From assembly GCF_001194135.2 (NCBI RefSeq), contig NC_068995.1, positions 30,757,630 to 30,821,629 of the forward strand: DNA of 64,000 nucleotides, written 5' to 3'. Shown piece after piece: positions 62,635 through 64,000 of the stretch (positions are counted from its first letter, which is position 1; each line of letters begins with the position of its first letter). A model generated the notes under the pieces. The model was not told the origin of the DNA. It was given only the letters and a program-made list of their open reading frames with translations, and searched no databases. The translations under genes were made by a program, and so were the position numbers. Source of the stretch: Octopus bimaculoides (Eukaryota).

Positions 62635-63110
62635 TCGGTGTGTGTTTGTTTGTGGCATTGTTAGCTAACTCCTCCTACATCGTTTTATTGATTTTGATGA
62701 AACTTGACACATGAGTAGAACTCATGTCTGGAAACCTTGTGACATACTTAGATTGTTGAAAAAATCGATAATAGGGCCCCTGCAAGGGACCTTTATATCT
62801 ACCTCATATAACTAATTTTTTTTTTAATACTCAAGGGAAATAACCTATTTCATTGTTTATGTACGATTACTTTGAATATTAACTTTTTTTGTGTGTCCGA
62901 TTTCTAATTTTTGCAAACAATATCACTTTTATACTTTATTTGACACATGAGTAGAACTCGTGTCTGGAAACCTCGTGACATACTTAGATTGTTGAAAAAA
63001 ATCGATAATAGGGCCCTTCCAATGGATCCGTCTATCTACTACATATTACTAATATTTTATTTAAACAACCCAAGGGAAATAACCCATACCACCTGCAGAA
63101 TTTAGCAAAG
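62635..63110 (+). mobile_element. Non-autonomous element with a 236 bp internal direct repeat (possibly Helitron-derived)
   Basis: TTGACACATGAGTAGAACTC...AAGGGAAATAACC repeated at 62704 and 62940; GTTTGTTTGT..GCTAACTCCTCC start. Confidence 0.5.
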
Positions 63111-63669
63111 CGGTCAATATTTGATTCTCAAGATCAGCCGATCTAATTCTGCATTTCACTACACACAGTTTTGAACTGCTAAACATTATTATTGCACTTC
63201 CTTAATTTGAATCTTAAACATTAAAGACTTCATTCATACATTTCTATACATACATACTTTTCTGAATACCCATTACTCCGATAATTCTGCATTTTTACAG
63301 TTACATTTTTTCCATGAAAATAGATAAATTTTTTATTCCACAACGTATTTGTAGCGGCTTCATGCAGGCATAGTGTGGATTCGATCCTCGATTGCCAAAT
63401 TTCCCTTAACACTTCAACAGCACCTTTCTCACGATAAAACAATAGTTTTTCTAGGAATGTCAGCAGTTATACATTTCCCAGATGCCTTCGCCAACTTCCA
63501 ACAATCTCTCCCTCCTCCATCTGACCATTTTTTGTACTTTTTCATGATGGAAAATACACCTTTTGTGGCAGTTATAATGAAATTGCTTTCTTATATCAGA
63601 GTAATAAGATGTTTCAATAGAACATCTTTATTCCTGGGAATTACTGGGTACACCAGCTAGTATATATAT

Positions 63670-64000
63670 ATCATCATCATCGCTTAACGTCCGCTTTCCA
63701 TGCTAGCATGGGTTGGACGATTTGACTGAGGACTGGTGCAACCGGATGGCTACACCAGGCTCCAATCTAATTTGGCAAAGTTTCTACAGCTGGATGCCCT
63801 TCCTAACACCAACCACTCAGAGAGTGTAGTGGGTGCTTTTACGTGTCACCCGCACGAAGACGGCCACGCTCGAAATGGTGTCTTTTATGTGCCACCCGCA
63901 CAAGAGCCAGTCCAGGGGCACTGGCAACGATCTCGCTCGAAAACCCTACAAGGCCAGTCAGGCGGTACTGGCAACGGTCACGCTCAGGATGGTACATCTT
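63670..64000 (-). mobile_element. Young RTE-LINE 3' tail running off the window
   Basis: Near-identical to 8368-8514, inserted in a (TA)n tract. Confidence 0.85.

Overview
AT-rich eukaryotic genomic DNA with assembly gaps, dense microsatellites and SINE/LINE families typical of an octopus (species is inferred from the repeats, not proven). One host gene is well supported: a vertebrate-like (type II, CRY-m/insect cry2 class) cryptochrome on the minus strand, ATG at 34397, with a 13.7 kb first intron. Nine exons are read directly and join in frame. Exon 6 is missing but a GTGAGT donor abuts an N-gap, so it probably lies in that gap. A probable 51 bp exon 11 gives alternative C-termini. The proximal promoter carries an E'-box/E-box pair. 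The 29 kb upstream is a nested stack of decayed retroelements (CR1, RTE, two Ty3/Gypsy lineages, a solo LTR), MITEs and a ~615 bp near-identical duplicated segment containing CRE and E-box motifs. The most unusual items are three minimal type I hammerhead ribozymes, an 823 bp foldback transposon with head-to-head TTAGGG/CCCTAA arrays and a perfect 8 bp TSD, and several long intronic hairpins. No tRNA, rRNA, CRISPR or prokaryotic features were found.
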